Shown here: in pieces, positions 35,345-58,739 of the stretch
How the letters are laid out: the number at the start of each line of letters is the position of its first letter
Numbering within the stretch: the stretch's first letter is position 1
NCBI RefSeq assembly: GCF_009914755.1
Contig: NC_060927.1
Length of the DNA: 64,000 nt
DNA from: the human T2T-CHM13v2.0 reference genome, Homo sapiens
Direction: 5' to 3' (one strand)
Program-made: the position numbers and the translations under genes
The notes under the pieces: generated by a model
The model's input: the letters and a program-made list of their open reading frames with translations, nothing else
What the model was told of the DNA's origin: nothing
Database searches by the model: none

Positions 35345-35962
35345 CTATGTCTTGAAAAATTGTTATTGTTTTGATTGGTTCATCTTTTAGTCTTTCTACT
35401 TAAGAGTAGTTTACACACCACAGTTACAGTGTTATAATATTCTGTGTTTTTTCTCTGTACTTAATATTACCAGTGAGTTTTGTACTTTCAGATGATTTCT
35501 TGCTGCTCATTAACATCCTTTTCTTTCTGATTGAAGTACCTTCTTTAGCATTTCTTGTAGGACAGGTCTGATGTTGATGAAATCCTTTAGCTTTTGTTTG
35601 TCTAGGAAAGTCTTTATTTCTCTTTCATGTTTAAAGCATATTTTTTCCAGATGCAGTAGTCTAAGGTTCCTTCAGCACTTTAAATATTTCATTCCACTTT
35701 CTCTTGGCTTGTAAGGTTTCCACTGAAGTCTGCTGCCAGACATACTGGAGTTCCATTGTATGTTATTTGTTTCTTCTGTTGCTTTTAGGATCCTTTCTTT
35801 ATCTTTGAGCTTTGGGAGTTTGATTATTAAATGCCTTGAGGGGCCAGGCGTGGTGGCTCACGTCTGTAATCCCAGCACTTTAGGAGGCTGAGGGAGGTGG
35901 ATAACTTGAGGTTAGGAGTTCGAGACCAACCTGGCCAACATGGCAAAACCCCATATCTACTA

Positions 35963-36127
<165 letters not shown>

Positions 36128-38915
36128 TCAAAAAAAAAAAAAAAAAAAAAAAGCCTTGAGGTCATCTTCTTTGGGTTAAATGTTAAATCTGCTTGGTGTT
36201 CTATAATCTTCTTGTACTTGAATGTCAATTATCTTTTTCTAGGTTTGGGAAGTTCTCTGATATTATCTCTTGGAATAAACCTTCTATCCTGTCTCTTTCT
36301 CTACCTCCTCTTTAAGGCCAATTACTCTTAGATTTGCCCTTTGGAGGCTATTTTCTAGATCTTGTAGGCATGTTTCATTCTTTTTTATTCTTTTTTGTCT
36401 CCTTTATGTATTTTCAAATAGCCTGTCTTCAGGTTCACTAATTCTTTCTGCTTGATCAATTCTGTAATTAAAACTGCTATTAAAAGAACGCTGATCCATT
36501 CTTCAGTATTTCAATTGCATTTTTCAACTCCAGAATTTCTGCTTGATTTTTAATTATTTCAATCTCCTTGTTAAGTTTATCTGATAAAGGTCGAAATTCT
36601 TTCTCTGTGTTATCTCGAATTTCTTTGAGTCTCCACAAAACCACTATTTTGAATTCTCTGTCTGAAAGGTCACATATCTTTGTTTCTCCAGGATTAGTTC
36701 CTGGTGCCTTATTTAGTTTGGTGAGGTCATGTTTTTCTGGATGGTGTTGATGCTTGTAGAAGTTCTTCAGTGTCTGGGCACTGAAGAGTTAAGTACTTAT
36801 TGCAGTCTTCGCAGTCTGGGCTTGTTTGTGTCTGTCCTTGGGAAGGCTTTCCAGGTATTTGAAGGAACTTGGGTGTTGTGATCTAAGCCATATCTGCATT
36901 AGGGGGCACCCCAAGTCCAGTAACATCATGGTTCTTGCAGACTCATAGAAGTATCACCTTGTGGTCATGGATAAGATCCAGAAGTATTCTCTGGATTACC
37001 AGACAGAAACTCTTGGTTTTTTTCCCCTTACTCTCTCCCAAACATTCAGACCCTCTCTCTGTGTGCTGAGCTGCCTGGAGCTGGAGGTGGGATGACACAA
37101 GCACTGCTATGGCCACCACCACTCAACTGTGCTAGGTCAGATCTGAAGCCAGCATAGCACTGGGTCTTGCCCAAGACCCACTGTATCCACTACCTGGCTA
37201 CCACCTATGTTCACTCAAAGCCGTAGGTCTCTACAATCAGCAGGTGGTGAAGCAAGACAGGCTTCTGTCCCTCCCTTTCAGGAGGTGAGTTCCCCAAGCC
37301 CCAGGTGGGTCCAGAGATCCCAACTGGGAGCTAGGGACTGGAGTCAAAAACCTTAGAAATCTACCTGGTGTCTTATTATACTGCTGCTGGGCTAGCACTT
37401 GAACCATGAGACTCAGTCCTTCCTACTTTTCCCTCCCCTTTCACAGGCAGAGGAGCCTCACCCCACGGCCACCAATGTCACAGGCCCATATGGATCACTG
37501 CCAGGCTACTCCCAATGTTCACTTAAGGCCCAAGGGCTCTTCAATCAGTTTGTGGTGAATGCTGCCTGGCCTGGGACTCACCCTTCAGGGCATTGGGCTC
37601 CCCTCTGGCCCAGGGCAGGTCCAGAAATGCCATCCAAGAGCCAAGGCCTAGAATCAGGGACCCCAAGAGCCCGCTTGGTGCTCTACCCCACTGTGCCCTA
37701 CCTGCTACCTAAGACGCAAAACAAATTTCCCTTTACTTTTTCCTCTGCTTTTTTCAAGCAGATGGCATCTGTCACCATAGCCAACAGGGCTGTGAATGTG
37801 CTTGGCCTAACCTGGATAATTTCAGACAAGCCAGCATGCCTCAGAGTCTCACTCAAGGCCCACAGTGTACTACCTGAGTATTGCTGATAGTTATTCAAGG
37901 CCCAAGGGCTCTTTAGTCAGTAAGTGATGGGTCCTGCCATGACCGCATCCTTCCCTTCAAGGCAGCAGGTTCCCTTCTGGCCAACGATGTGTCAATAAAT
38001 GTAATCCAGAAGCTAGGGCCCAGAATGGGGTTCTCATGACTCTGCCTGGTGCCCTATCCTAGTGTGACTGAGCGGGTATCCCAGATGCAAGACAAAATTC
38101 TCTTTGCTCTTCCCTTTCCTCTCTTCATGCGGAAGGAAGGGTCTCTTTTGGAGCTGCAAACTGTGCAGCCTGGGGTTAGGGGTTAGGAAAGGAGTGGCAC
38201 AAGTACTCCCTTAACAGCACCTGCTGGTGTCTCAGTAGGTCATGTGCCCCTGCAGTCCACTGGATCTGAGCTCAGCTCAGCACTAGGACTTACCTAGGAG
38301 TTGCAGTCCTTGTGGCCTAGACTGCCTTTCAAGTTTATTTAGGGCCCCAGGGTACTTTAGCACTCCATGATAAGGCTTCCCAGAACTCAAGTTCTGATCA
38401 CTGGGATGTGCGATTCCCCTCTGGCTGGGGCTGGCCTATATGCTCCCTCTGTGGGCAGGCATCACCTGAGTTCAGCTCAGTTTTGCTTTCCACTGTGACA
38501 AGGCAGCATTGAGTTCAATGCAAAGTCACAATCACTGCACTCTCCATCCCCAAGTGCACAGATTCTCTCTCCATGCCATGCAGCCACTGCTGGGATTGGG
38601 GGTGATTGGTATCAGCAATTCAAGACTCTTTCCTGCCCTCTTCAGTGCCTTTCAGTAATATGAAGTTAAAACAAGGTATTGTGAGTTCTCATCTGATTTT
38701 TTGGTTCTTATGAAGGTGTTTTTTTGTGTGTAGAAAATTGTTAAATTTTGTGTTCCTGTTGAGGGGTATGTTCAGTGGAGCCTTCTATTATACCATCTTG
38801 CTCTGTTCCCCCACCCCACCACCACCATGATCACTTTCTGAGGTAGCCCAATTTATTGTTAGCTAGCTTTTTTTTTTTTTTTTTTTTTGAGACAGAGTCT
38901 GGCCCAGTTGCCTGA

Positions 38916-39077
<162 letters not shown>

Positions 39078-39574
39078 TAGTCTGGTCTCGAACTCCTGAC
39101 CTCTGGTGATCCACCCGCCTTGGCCTCCCAAAGTGCTGGGATTACAGGTGTGAGTCACTATGCCTGGCCAGTTAGCTCATATTCTTAGAAACAAATTTCT
39201 TATATTGAGCTGTATGTTTGTAACTTCTAGTCTCTGAAGCTATACAGAAAAAAGTCATATTCTTTGTCCATGTTTACTTATCTGGTTCCTTTAATTATTC
39301 CTGTCAATGAATTACTGTTTATTATGAGTTTATTATGTTTTAGGCATAGGCTTAAGATCTTTATATGCATTTAATTCTCACAACATTCCTAAAACATACA
39401 CACTATTTCTATCTCCATATTACCGATAGGAACATGAAGATAAATTAGGTAACTTGCCAAATTCACATGGTTAATAAGCTGCAGAGATGGTATATGAACT
39501 CAGGCCTGATTGATGGCAGAGCCTATAGTCTAATTAAGTGAATCAGCTTCCTTCAAATTTCCTCACTCTCCTCT

Positions 39575-40569
<995 letters not shown>

Positions 40570-40930
40570 TTCTGTAGCTATTCTAGTTTATCAGTGTCCC
40601 TCTTTTTATTTTTATTTTATATGGAACACCTCACAAATTTGTATGTCATCTTTGCGCAGACACCTTACTAATCTTCTCTGTATTGTTCCAATTTTTGTGC
40701 ATGTGCTGCCAAAGTGAGCACTCAAAGTCCCTCTTAAAGTGTGATCCCAGAATTCCATATGTTTGACCAGTGCAGAGTGAAAATTTTCTCTCCCATTTCC
40801 TAGACATGCTACATTTATTAAAGTATCCTAAAACTGAATTAGCCTTTTTGAGCAGCCTCATTTCCCTGTTCAATCTTACTAAGCCTGTACTAAACTAAAA
40901 CTCCTAAGACTTTCTCACATGAAGTAGAAA
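40570..40930 (-). mobile_element. CR1/L3 LINE remnant (further piece ~38840-39320)
   Basis: ORF 40646..40873 KKANSVLGYFNK...SHFKRD resembles the CR1 ORF2 motif KKANAILGCINR...PHFKKD. Confidence 0.6.
40605..40721 (-). pseudogene. U6 snRNA retrocopy with poly(A) tail
   Basis: Reverse complement reads GTGCTCACTTTGGCAGCAC...GTTCCATAT then an A-rich tail; TSD GTCCCTCTT at 40596-604 and 40727-35. Confidence 0.9.
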
Positions 40931-41391
40931 ATGTGCCTGGATATCCTCCTCCTTTCTTTGTTAATCTTCAAGACGTTGGCCAGGCTTCCCTTCATCCATC
41001 ATTTCTCCCTAAAGAGTCTAGCTCTCAGTGATTGCTACTTCCAAGGAATTTACCTTATACTTTGGTATGCACTAGTTGGCACTAGTCATAGTTAGCCTTG
41101 CACTGTAATTATCCCAACATAAATATGCCTGACTTCCGGTTCTTTATATATGAATGCCACCCTTTAACATAGCAACAATTTCTGGAGCATGTTTTCTCCT
41201 ACTGGCTATAAATAAAAAGAGCTGGGAAGAACATACAAGTGAGCCTTTTCACTACCTGACTGTTTTTGATTTGTATATTAGCGATTATAAACAGGCCGGG
41301 TACAGTGGCTCCCAGCACTTTGGGAGGCCAAGGCAGGTAGATCACTTGAGTTCAAGACCAGCCTGGGCAATATGGTGAGACCTCATCTCTA

Positions 41392-41604
<213 letters not shown>

Positions 41605-42034
41605 CTAAAAAATTTTGTAATAAAATCAAATAAATAAAAACTTGATAATTTCAAATGACTGGGTGAGAAACCACATGCAGTAAAGGAGAGAAACTGGCTT
41701 GAATCAAGAGATGAGGTAGTAGCTAAGGAAGAAGGCAGGCTCATTCTTGAGACTCTGGAAAGCTACAAAATGATACTGGCTCAGCCAAGCATTCCCAGGG
41801 ACTGGTCCTAGTAGGGGGTCCACTTCTGCCCATGACTCTTTACATCCTACCTCACCCCAGGAACTCCCTCTATCCACAGACTTCACTCCACCTTTGAAAA
41901 AGAGAAGTCTGCGCTCCTGTCATCTAACAGGTGCAGATAGCAAGGGGATGGAGAATCCCAAAGTCCATGGCCACCCAGAAAGATATGTTTGCAGTTTTTT
42001 TAAAAAACCTTTAATTTTATCAGGTATTTTTTAA

Positions 42035-42283
<249 letters not shown>

Positions 42284-43745
42284 TGATCCGCCCGCCTTGG
42301 CCTCCCAAAGTGCTGGGATTACAGGCGCGAGCCACCACGCCCGGCTGAAAGTTTTTGCATTAGACCTTTGGACAGCTAAAAATGAGTTTGAAATCCAAGG
42401 AGAATAAACCAAATATACTTAAAGTTTTTGAAAGTAGCGAAAAGAAACACACACAAGATAAAGTTAGTTTTCAAAGAATGAGCTTATTAATAAGGAGAAG
42501 GAAAAAAATGAAGTGGAATTCAGTAAGAGGTAAAGTTTAGCAAAGTGAGCGCTGACTGAAGTAACATTTTTTTTCTTTTAAATGAACCTAACATTGTGAA
42601 CATATCCAGGAAAATAAAACAAAACCAATAATTCAAAATGCATTTTTCCCAAAGAAATGCCTAGCAATTCTAATCTCAGTATTAATACAGCACTATGCTT
42701 CAGGTAATTTTGAGGCAGTGTTTTTAAATTAAGCACCAAAATAAAAGTTGTACTACTTACAGATCTGTATAAAGCACAATAAAGGCAAGGTTCTTCCCTA
42801 AAAATTCATTCATCCCTTCATTCATTCATCAACAATAACATGCCAAACCCTTTGATTTGTGTTGAGATCCCTCTCCTTAAGCATGTCAAAGTGGAGAAGA
42901 CAACAAAGAAAATAAAAGTACATTGTGTTATAACATACTCTGTGCTTATGACATCCTGCTCTTCTGCTTTTCCTCCTGCCTTACCAGTTATACTTACACT
43001 ACCTGCTGGTTGACTTTTCTCCGCACATCTAACCTTTTGCCCTAGGCCTTTGCCTTTCTCAGTTCACTTGCTCACTTGCGCTCTCTCCTGTGTTCTCTCT
43101 TGCCTAACTCTCACTCTCGCTCTCTCTGTGATTCCAACAATTCCCTATAGCTTTAAAAATCATCTACATGCTGGTGACTCCCAAATTTTTACATCTCCAG
43201 CCTAGACTTCTTCTCTTATATATCCAACTGCTATTAATGTATTTCCCTTTAAATGTTATATGGCACTTAAGCTCCAAAAGAGAATTATTGCTTTTTACCC
43301 CCCACCTCCTGGACTTCCTCAATTCTCTATAAATGGTACTACTATCCACCTAGCTACCAAAGCTAACCCAACAGCCAATCCTACTGATTCTGCCTCTGAC
43401 ACACATCTCTTGTAAACCTACTTTCCTCCTCCACTGTCTCCAGCCTTATCCAAACCACCATAAGTTCTCATCTATGCTACTGTAGTGGCATCCTCCCTGG
43501 TCTCTTTGTGTCCCCCTATTCCTGCCCTCTTCCTCTCCACCTCAGTCTATTCTTAATAGCCAGAGTGATATCTTTTAAATGTAAATCAGGTTTCATGTCA
43601 CTTCCTTGTTTGAAACATTTCAGTAGTTTCCACTGGACTTAAAAATAAAATCTGAATTCTTTGTCATGGCCGACAAGGCCCTACACTATCTGCTCCCACC
43701 TCCCTCTCCATCTTCACCTGATACTACCCTTCCCCAGGTTCATGA

Positions 43746-44184
<439 letters not shown>

Positions 44185-44390
44185 TAGCCAGGATGGTCTT
44201 GATCTTCTGACCTTGTGATCTGCCCGCCTCAGCCTCCCAAAGTGCTGGGATTACAGGAGTGAGCCACCGTGCCCGGCCCCACTGTCTTATTTCTTCGTAG
44301 CATCTATCATCATCTAAAAGGTTAACATGACTTTTTTGTTTTTTACATATTTACTATCTGTTTCCTCTCACTAGCATACAAACAACTTAA

Positions 44391-44732
<342 letters not shown>

Positions 44733-44919
44733 TAACAGGTATCTGTGTAACAGCAGATACTTACTATCTGCTAAATAAACTGTTGTGAGAGAAATGCGTG
44801 CATGAAAGGGATTAGGAGAAGGCTTTCTAGAGGAGGTGATCCATAAACTAAACCTGGAAGAACAAGGATAAGTATTCAGGCAGACAGTGCAGTGAGGGAA
44901 ATTGCAGAGCGTATCTCTA

Positions 44920-45582
<663 letters not shown>

Positions 45583-46689
45583 TAGTAGAGATGGGTTTCA
45601 CCATGTTGGCCAGGCTGGTCTTGAACTCCTGACCTCAGGTAACCCATCCACCTCAGCCTCCCAAAGTGGTAGGATTACAGGTGTGAGCCACTGCACCCGG
45701 CCTCTCTTTTTCTTTTAAGACTATTTTTGTCTGCTTGTTTGAGATAGGGTCTCATGCCATTGCTCATTGCTGGGAGTGCAATGATGCCATCACATCTTGC
45801 ACACTACAGCTTTGACCTCCTGGGCTCAACCAATACTCCTGCCTCTGCCTCCCGAGTAGTTAGGACCACAGGCATGCCCCACCACACCTGGCTAATTTTT
45901 TTTTTTTTATAGCGATGAGGGTCTCACTACCTTGCTCAGACTCATCTCAAATTCCTGGGCTCAAGCAATCCTCCCACTGTGGCCTCCCAAAATGCTGAGA
46001 TTACAGGCATGTAATCTTTTTTTTTTTTCTGTCTAAGTCTTGAATACTTAAGCATCTCTAATAGTACATATACTGATATTAGTTTATATACCCTATAAAT
46101 GTATATTTAAATATGAGTAAATTATTGCTGGACTAATACAAATGTAAATCTAAAGAAGGTATATGATTAATAGACCTGTTTAATTGTAAGGAAAGTAAAA
46201 TTAGCAAAAATTAAAATTATTAAATTGGCAATGATACTTAGCTGCAAAAAAAGGTTTTTAAATAAGGCCGACCAAGAAAGGAAAGAGAATGTAGAAAGGG
46301 AAACAGAAATCCACCAAAGAGAAAACCTCATTTTATAGTTTAAGTGTTGGCTTGGAATTTTGTAAATGAAATCCATGTATTTTTCTTTTTATTTATCCCT
46401 AGAAACCAGCAGAATCGGCTGTCTAGGAAATTCTCAGTAACTGTCTAATTGAACTGAACCAACCTCATCACAGCCTTTGGCAGCAGGTACCCAAATTAGT
46501 TTTAATTTCCACTAAACTGGGGGGGGGGGCGGGGGCGGTGAGTAGGATGTTGAACTCTGTTTCCTTTTGTAGCAAAAAAATTTCAAATATAAGTAGTTTC
46601 AAGATATTTTATTAAGTATTTGTTCAAATTGTAGGGGTTCAGTTATTTGATTTTACTTTCAGGGACCAGTATGGTTATAATATATTGAA

Positions 46690-46870
46690 AGGAGGAATAA
46701 TGTGGTGCTTAAAGAATGTGAACTTTAGAACCAGACCAACCAGGTCCAAATCCCAGCTGTGCAACCTTAGGCAAGTTACTTAACTTCTCTATACCTCAGT
46801 ATACTCATCTAAACAATGGAGCTAACAATAGTACCTACCTTATAGGATTGTTGTAAGAAGTATAGGCGAT
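46690..46870. mobile_element. MIR (others near 39330-39530, 59960-60100, 62560-62780)
   Basis: MIR core accttaggcaagttacttaacttctct...ctcagt...ctcatct. Confidence 0.7.
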
Positions 46871-47066
46871 AAGAACAATGTCTGTCAGTGTACAGTGTAT
46901 AATATTTGCTACCATTACAATTACTTTTCAATTGTTTTTCTAATTAACTTGAAAATAGTATTTTACCCATGAACAACCTCCACAGTTAAAACTTTTTAGG
47001 AGAATATGAACACTAATCATTTTACTTGAATTCCAAGCAAGAATTATCTACTAATATGCTACTTAC

Positions 47067-47236
47067 ACTAACTGATTAATTTTCTGCTGCTGCTCCTTGG
47101 ATCTTCTGTATTTTAGCAGCTTACTTTGTGTTGGTGTATCAGCGCCTATGTTTTCTGGGAGATGGACAATGGGGGGTAACTTCAAGTTCAGAGCTTCCTT
47201 TTCTGCTGCAATGGCAGCTTTGTTTGCATCTGACAT
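47067..47236 (-). CDS. DNAH12: DNAH12 first coding exon (exon 2; exon starts 47269), aa 1-57 MSDANKAAIAAEKEALNLKLPPIVHLPENIGADTPTQSKLLKYRRSKEQQQKINQLV
   Basis: ATG at 47236; acceptor tttctcctcag before 47269; donor gtaagt after 47067; 170 nt; matches the recalled DNAH12 N-terminus. Confidence 0.95.
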
Positions 47237-47678
47237 CTTGATCCCCTAAAGATTAAAATACTCTGTACTCTGAGGAGAAAAAGTCCATAAAGCCATTATT
47301 ATGTCAGCAAGCCTCGACACATTCATAACATATCTAACATATCAATACCAAAAGTAAAATTCTAGACACTTTTGGATCTTCCTCCCAAGTATGGTATTAG
47401 TCTAAAGAATGACAGTTGAGGTAAGTTGGCAGGGATTCCTGTTAGAACTCTAAAACTCACTTATGAAGCAATGAGCCAGTCAGTTCCCCTTCAGGGCTTG
47501 TTTCCTAATGGATGAAACTAAGGAATTGAATTAGATGCTCTGTAAATATCCCTACAGCTGTAGCATTCTGGGTGCAAAATTTTCCCGAGATGCAAACCAC
47601 TACCACCACCACCACAACAAATCCAGTTTTTGAGGGATGATCCCCTTCCCAGTAAAAGCTGATATTTAACATCATTAA

Positions 47679-47870
<192 letters not shown>

Positions 47871-48566
47871 TAGTAGAGACAGGGTTTCACCATGTTGGCC
47901 AGGCTGGTCTCGAACTCCTGACCTCAGATGATTTCCCGCCTCGGTCCCCCAAAGTCCTGAGATTACAGGCGTGAGCCACCGCCCCCAGCCAATCATTAAT
48001 ATTTTTAAACATCAGTATGATATCTTAGTCTTGCTGCCTTCCAAGAAAGTGATGCTATGATCAAGCAAAAAATAGGCATACTTGATGCATGGCAAATATA
48101 AAATGTCATGTAAATGCTCAAAAATTTTACTGTGGGCCAGGCGCGGTGGCTCACGCCTGTAATCCCAGCACTTTGGGAGGCCGAGGTGGGCGGATCACCT
48201 CAGGTCGGGAGTTCGAGCCCAGCCTGGCCAACATGGTGAAACCCCATCTCTACTAAAAATACAAAAATTAGCCGGGCGTGGTGGCAGGCGCCTGTAATCC
48301 CAGCTACTCAGGAGGCTGAGGCACAAGAATCGCTTGAACCTGGGAGGCAGAGGTTGCAGTGAGCTGAGATCCCGCTACCGCACTTCAGCCTGGGCGATAA
48401 AGCGAGACTCCGTCTCAAAAAAAAATTGTACTGTGATAACAACTATATTTGCCATGAATGCCTACAGGATTTGGAGATTCCTGCCTTGAAAGAGTGTTTA
48501 AGTTGGCACCCAAATCGCGATACCTGCCCTGGGAGAGAAAGGAAGAGAACAGCAGAGAACAAGTAC

Positions 48567-48730
48567 CTGATTGTTTCTCACTACTTCCCCGCTGCGCAGA
48601 CGCCAGAGAGAGAGAGAGACAGTCAGAGCCTCTCCTCAGGTGAAAGGCAGGGGGATAACGAGGGAGAAACCTCCGGAACGCCACCGGCTCTCAAACGAGT
48701 AGCTGGAGAAGGGCGGTCGCTGACCGGTTG
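48567..48730 (-). other. DNAH12: DNAH12 non-coding exon 1 (5' boundary approximate)
   Basis: CAG/gtactt donor at 48567; local CpG/GC enrichment; adjacent X-box. Confidence 0.65.
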
Positions 48731-48810
48731 GAAACAACGTCGTCGCCATGGAAACTGTGGCGGCCCCAGCTGGAGGGGCTGGGTGAAGGTTGCCTGGAAA
48801 GGCAGTTGCC
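48727..48810. promoter_or_regulatory. DNAH12 promoter with RFX X-box (GTCGCCATGGAAAC, 48742-48755) and further half-sites
   Basis: Close match to the GTNRCC-N(0-3)-RGYAAC X-box typical of ciliary genes; also GTTGGAAACAAC and GTTGCCTGGAAAG. Confidence 0.75.
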
Positions 48811-49864
48811 AAGCTGCAAGGGGTTAGGATTACCTGTCACAACAATAATTCGTTACTCAAGTAAATGGGGTGTGAGGTTTTGTTTGTTTGTTTTAACCTA
48901 ACTGCCTTTCCTGGGAAGGGGACCAGGAAATTAGAATCTTCAAACTGTGGAAAACTGCAAGACTGGAAATTTAGATCTGTTGGAAAACAGATTTATGGAA
49001 ACACTCTCAGCAAGAGAATCAAGTCTTCAAATGTCCCCTAGTGACACCCTGTAAATATTGTAACTAATCAGCAATATAATTTATCTTGCTTCTAGATTTG
49101 CTATTTGTTGACACAGCACTTCCAGGAATTCTTTGGCAAAATCAAACAGGTTAAGGTGTGTGAATTTAGTGGTATGCTGGGAGAAAGATGTGAAATTTTG
49201 CTGTTTGAAGCTGCACAATGCATACTACATCTAAATGATAATAGCCTACGAGAATACTATGTGCCAAAATTAAATTAGGGAAGTGAATACTGCCGGTGTG
49301 TTAACAGCATATTCATTCAACAAATATTTGAGCACCTTCTATGTGCCAGTTGCTACGTAATTTTTTTTTTTTTTTTTAATGAGAGTACAGCCTACACTAT
49401 TGTGTCTGGCACACAGTAGGTGCTCTAAAATGTCATTTAAGCGAGTGAATGAACAAGTAAAACTTCCTGGTAGTTTGTAAAAGCAAATTATCTTTCTGTA
49501 GAAAATAAAATACTTGTATAAATAATGTGACTTTTTTTTTTTTTTTGAGACAGAGTTTTGATCTTGTTGCCCAGGCTGGAGTGCTCACCACAACCTCCAC
49601 CTCCCAGGTTCAAGTGATTGTCTTGCCTCAGCCTTCCAAGTAGTTGGGATTACAGGCATGCATCACCAAACCCGACTAATTTTTTTTTCTTTTCTTTTTT
49701 TTTTTTTTAGTAGAGACGGGGTTTCTCCATGTTGGTCAGGCTGGTCTTGAACTCCTGACCTCAGGTCATCCGCCCACCTCGGCCTCCCAAAATGCTGGGA
49801 TTACAGGCGTGAACCACTGCACCATGCCACCTTTTCTCTTTTAAACTCAGTCCTATGACAGATT

Positions 49865-51660
49865 AGACAGTTTTTTTAATGTCAATTTGTTAGGGTTTAT
49901 TTTTTAGAGACAGGGCTCTCGCTCTGTCACCCAGGCTGGAGTGCAGCGGCACCATCATAGTGAAAGGAGTCAGCTAGATTTTGCATTAGGTAGATAGCAA
50001 GGGAAGGGTCCCCAGAGAACCCCCAGCCCATGGGTCAGTGCCTCATCCCCACATAACATAAAAAGCAGCCTGGGAAAAAATTCAAGCGGCAGGCACCAAT
50101 AAGGGAACTAGCACAGGGTGTTGTGCCTGGAGACATGCCCACGGCTCCACAGATAGAAAAATCTCCAGCCCATTTGGACAAAAACTTGCACAGACCTCCT
50201 CCTCACTCACATAAAGGAACAAAGAAATGCCTTTGTCCTTTGTATAGTCAATGGGCTCCCAGGGAAAAAAAAGTTTATTTTCCTTTTGTGGGTATGGGCA
50301 CAGTGGGCTCCAGTAGGTTCCAGTGGGCACTCTACTTTCCTTTATTTGGATTGTAAGTCCGGCTTCTAGGAATCATCACTTCAGCTCCTGATTTGTCCTG
50401 GGCCAAGGTCCAGGGCCAAACTTTCTCTTCAGTTCCTGATAGGTCCCGAGCCAAGCTAAGCAGCATCTATGAATCATCATTTCAGCTCCTGATTAGTACC
50501 AGGCCAAGCCCCAGGGTAGCGGGGTCGGGGGACGAAGCACATTCCTTCCCCTTCCCAGTCCATAAAAACCCTGGACCCCAGCCTCATAGGGGGCACCCCA
50601 TTCAGGTCCCCCTCTCTGCTGGCAGAGAGCTTTCTTCTTTCTCTTATTAAACGTTCGTTCTAAACTAACCTTTGGGTCTGCGCTCCTTAATCAACTTGGA
50701 GGTGGGACAAATAACTCCAGGTGTTATCTCAGACAATGAGAAACTGTTACATCTTGGTGCATTGCTGAGACTACAGCAATAGCTCACTGCATCCTCAAAC
50801 TCCTGGGCTCAAGGGATCCTCCCACCTTAGCCTCCTGAGTAGCTGGGACTACAGGCACACACCACGACATCGGCTAATTTTTAAAAATATTTTGTTGGGA
50901 CAGTGTCTTACTATGTTGCACAGGCTTGCCTCAAACTAGTGGACTCAAGCAATCCTCCTGCTTCAGCTTCCTAAAAGTGTTGGGATTATAGGCATGAGCC
51001 ACCATATCTAGCCTGAATGTCAATTTGGTTAGGCTAAATTAGAAGAACTAAAGAGAAGGCAGCAATCTTGTGTATGATATACCCACCTTCTCCCAGTCAT
51101 TAATCAAACACTAATCTAGGGCTGCTGTGAGGAGATTACAGCTCAATTCAAGTCCCTGGTCAATTGACATTGATCTAAGAAGATTATCCTGGGTGAGCCT
51201 GACTCAATCAGTAGAAATCCTTTTAAAAAGATTTAGGCCTGGCAAAGTGGATCAACCCTGTAATCCCAGCACCTTAGGAGGCCGAGCCAGGCAGACTTCT
51301 TGAGGGAGTTTGAGACCAGCCTGGGCAACATGGTGTAACTCTGTCTCTATTTTAAAAAATTAAAAATTAAAAAAATAATAATAAAGAGATGGGCATGCCC
51401 TGAGTCAAACTCCAAACAGCAGCTGGGTCTATAACTGCTCTCCATTTTCTGGTTCTTCCCTTCCTGACAGATAGTCTGCCCTACAGACCATGGACTTGGT
51501 TAACCAGCCCCCTCCATTGCATAAGCCAATTCTTTGTTTAAAAAAATATATATATATGTATAGACATACACACACACATATATAGATATAGATATAGATA
51601 TAGATGATATGTATTATATCTTAGTGGTTCTGCTTCCCACTTTGAACCCTGACTGATACA
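49865..51660 (+). mobile_element. MLT2 (ERVL) LTR containing an AluJ (~49895-51015)
   Basis: atcaaacactaatctagg core, CCCTGACTGATACA end; Alu TSD AATGTCAATTTG at 49878-89 and 51016-27. Confidence 0.7.
49961..50778 (+). mobile_element. ERV1-class solo LTR (MER50-like), 818 bp
   Basis: TG...CA termini, 4-bp TSD ATAG, CATAAAAA at 50561, ATTAAA at 50646; splits an Alu cleanly. Confidence 0.85.
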
Positions 51661-51829
51661 ATGTACGTCCTTTTTTTTTTTACTTTAAAAAAAAATTTTA
51701 TTATAGAGACAAAGTCTCACAATGTTGGCCAGGATGGTCTTGAACTCCTGGCCTCAAGCAATCCTCCTGCCTTGGCCTCTAGATGTGCTAGGATTACAGG
51801 TGTGAGCCACCACGCCTGGCCGATGTACA

Positions 51830-58190
<6,361 letters not shown>

Positions 58191-58434
58191 TCTTTTTTTT
58201 TTTTTTCCGAGACAGAGTCTTGCTGTCTCCCAAGCTGGAGGGCAGTGGCGCGATCTCGGCTCACTGCAACCTCTGCCTCCCAGGTTCAAAAGATTGTCCT
58301 GCCTCGGCCTCCTGAGTAGCTGGGATTACAGGCGAACACCACTGCGCCCGGCTAATTTTTGTATTTTTAGTAGAGACAGGGTTTCACCATGTTTAGTAGA
58401 GATAATGAAACCCCGTCTAATTTTTGTATTTTTA

Positions 58435-58739
<305 letters not shown>

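Noticed and set aside
37399-37887. 162-aa plus-strand ORF
   Set aside because: Antisense to a GC-richer L1 5'UTR; TTG start; no motif
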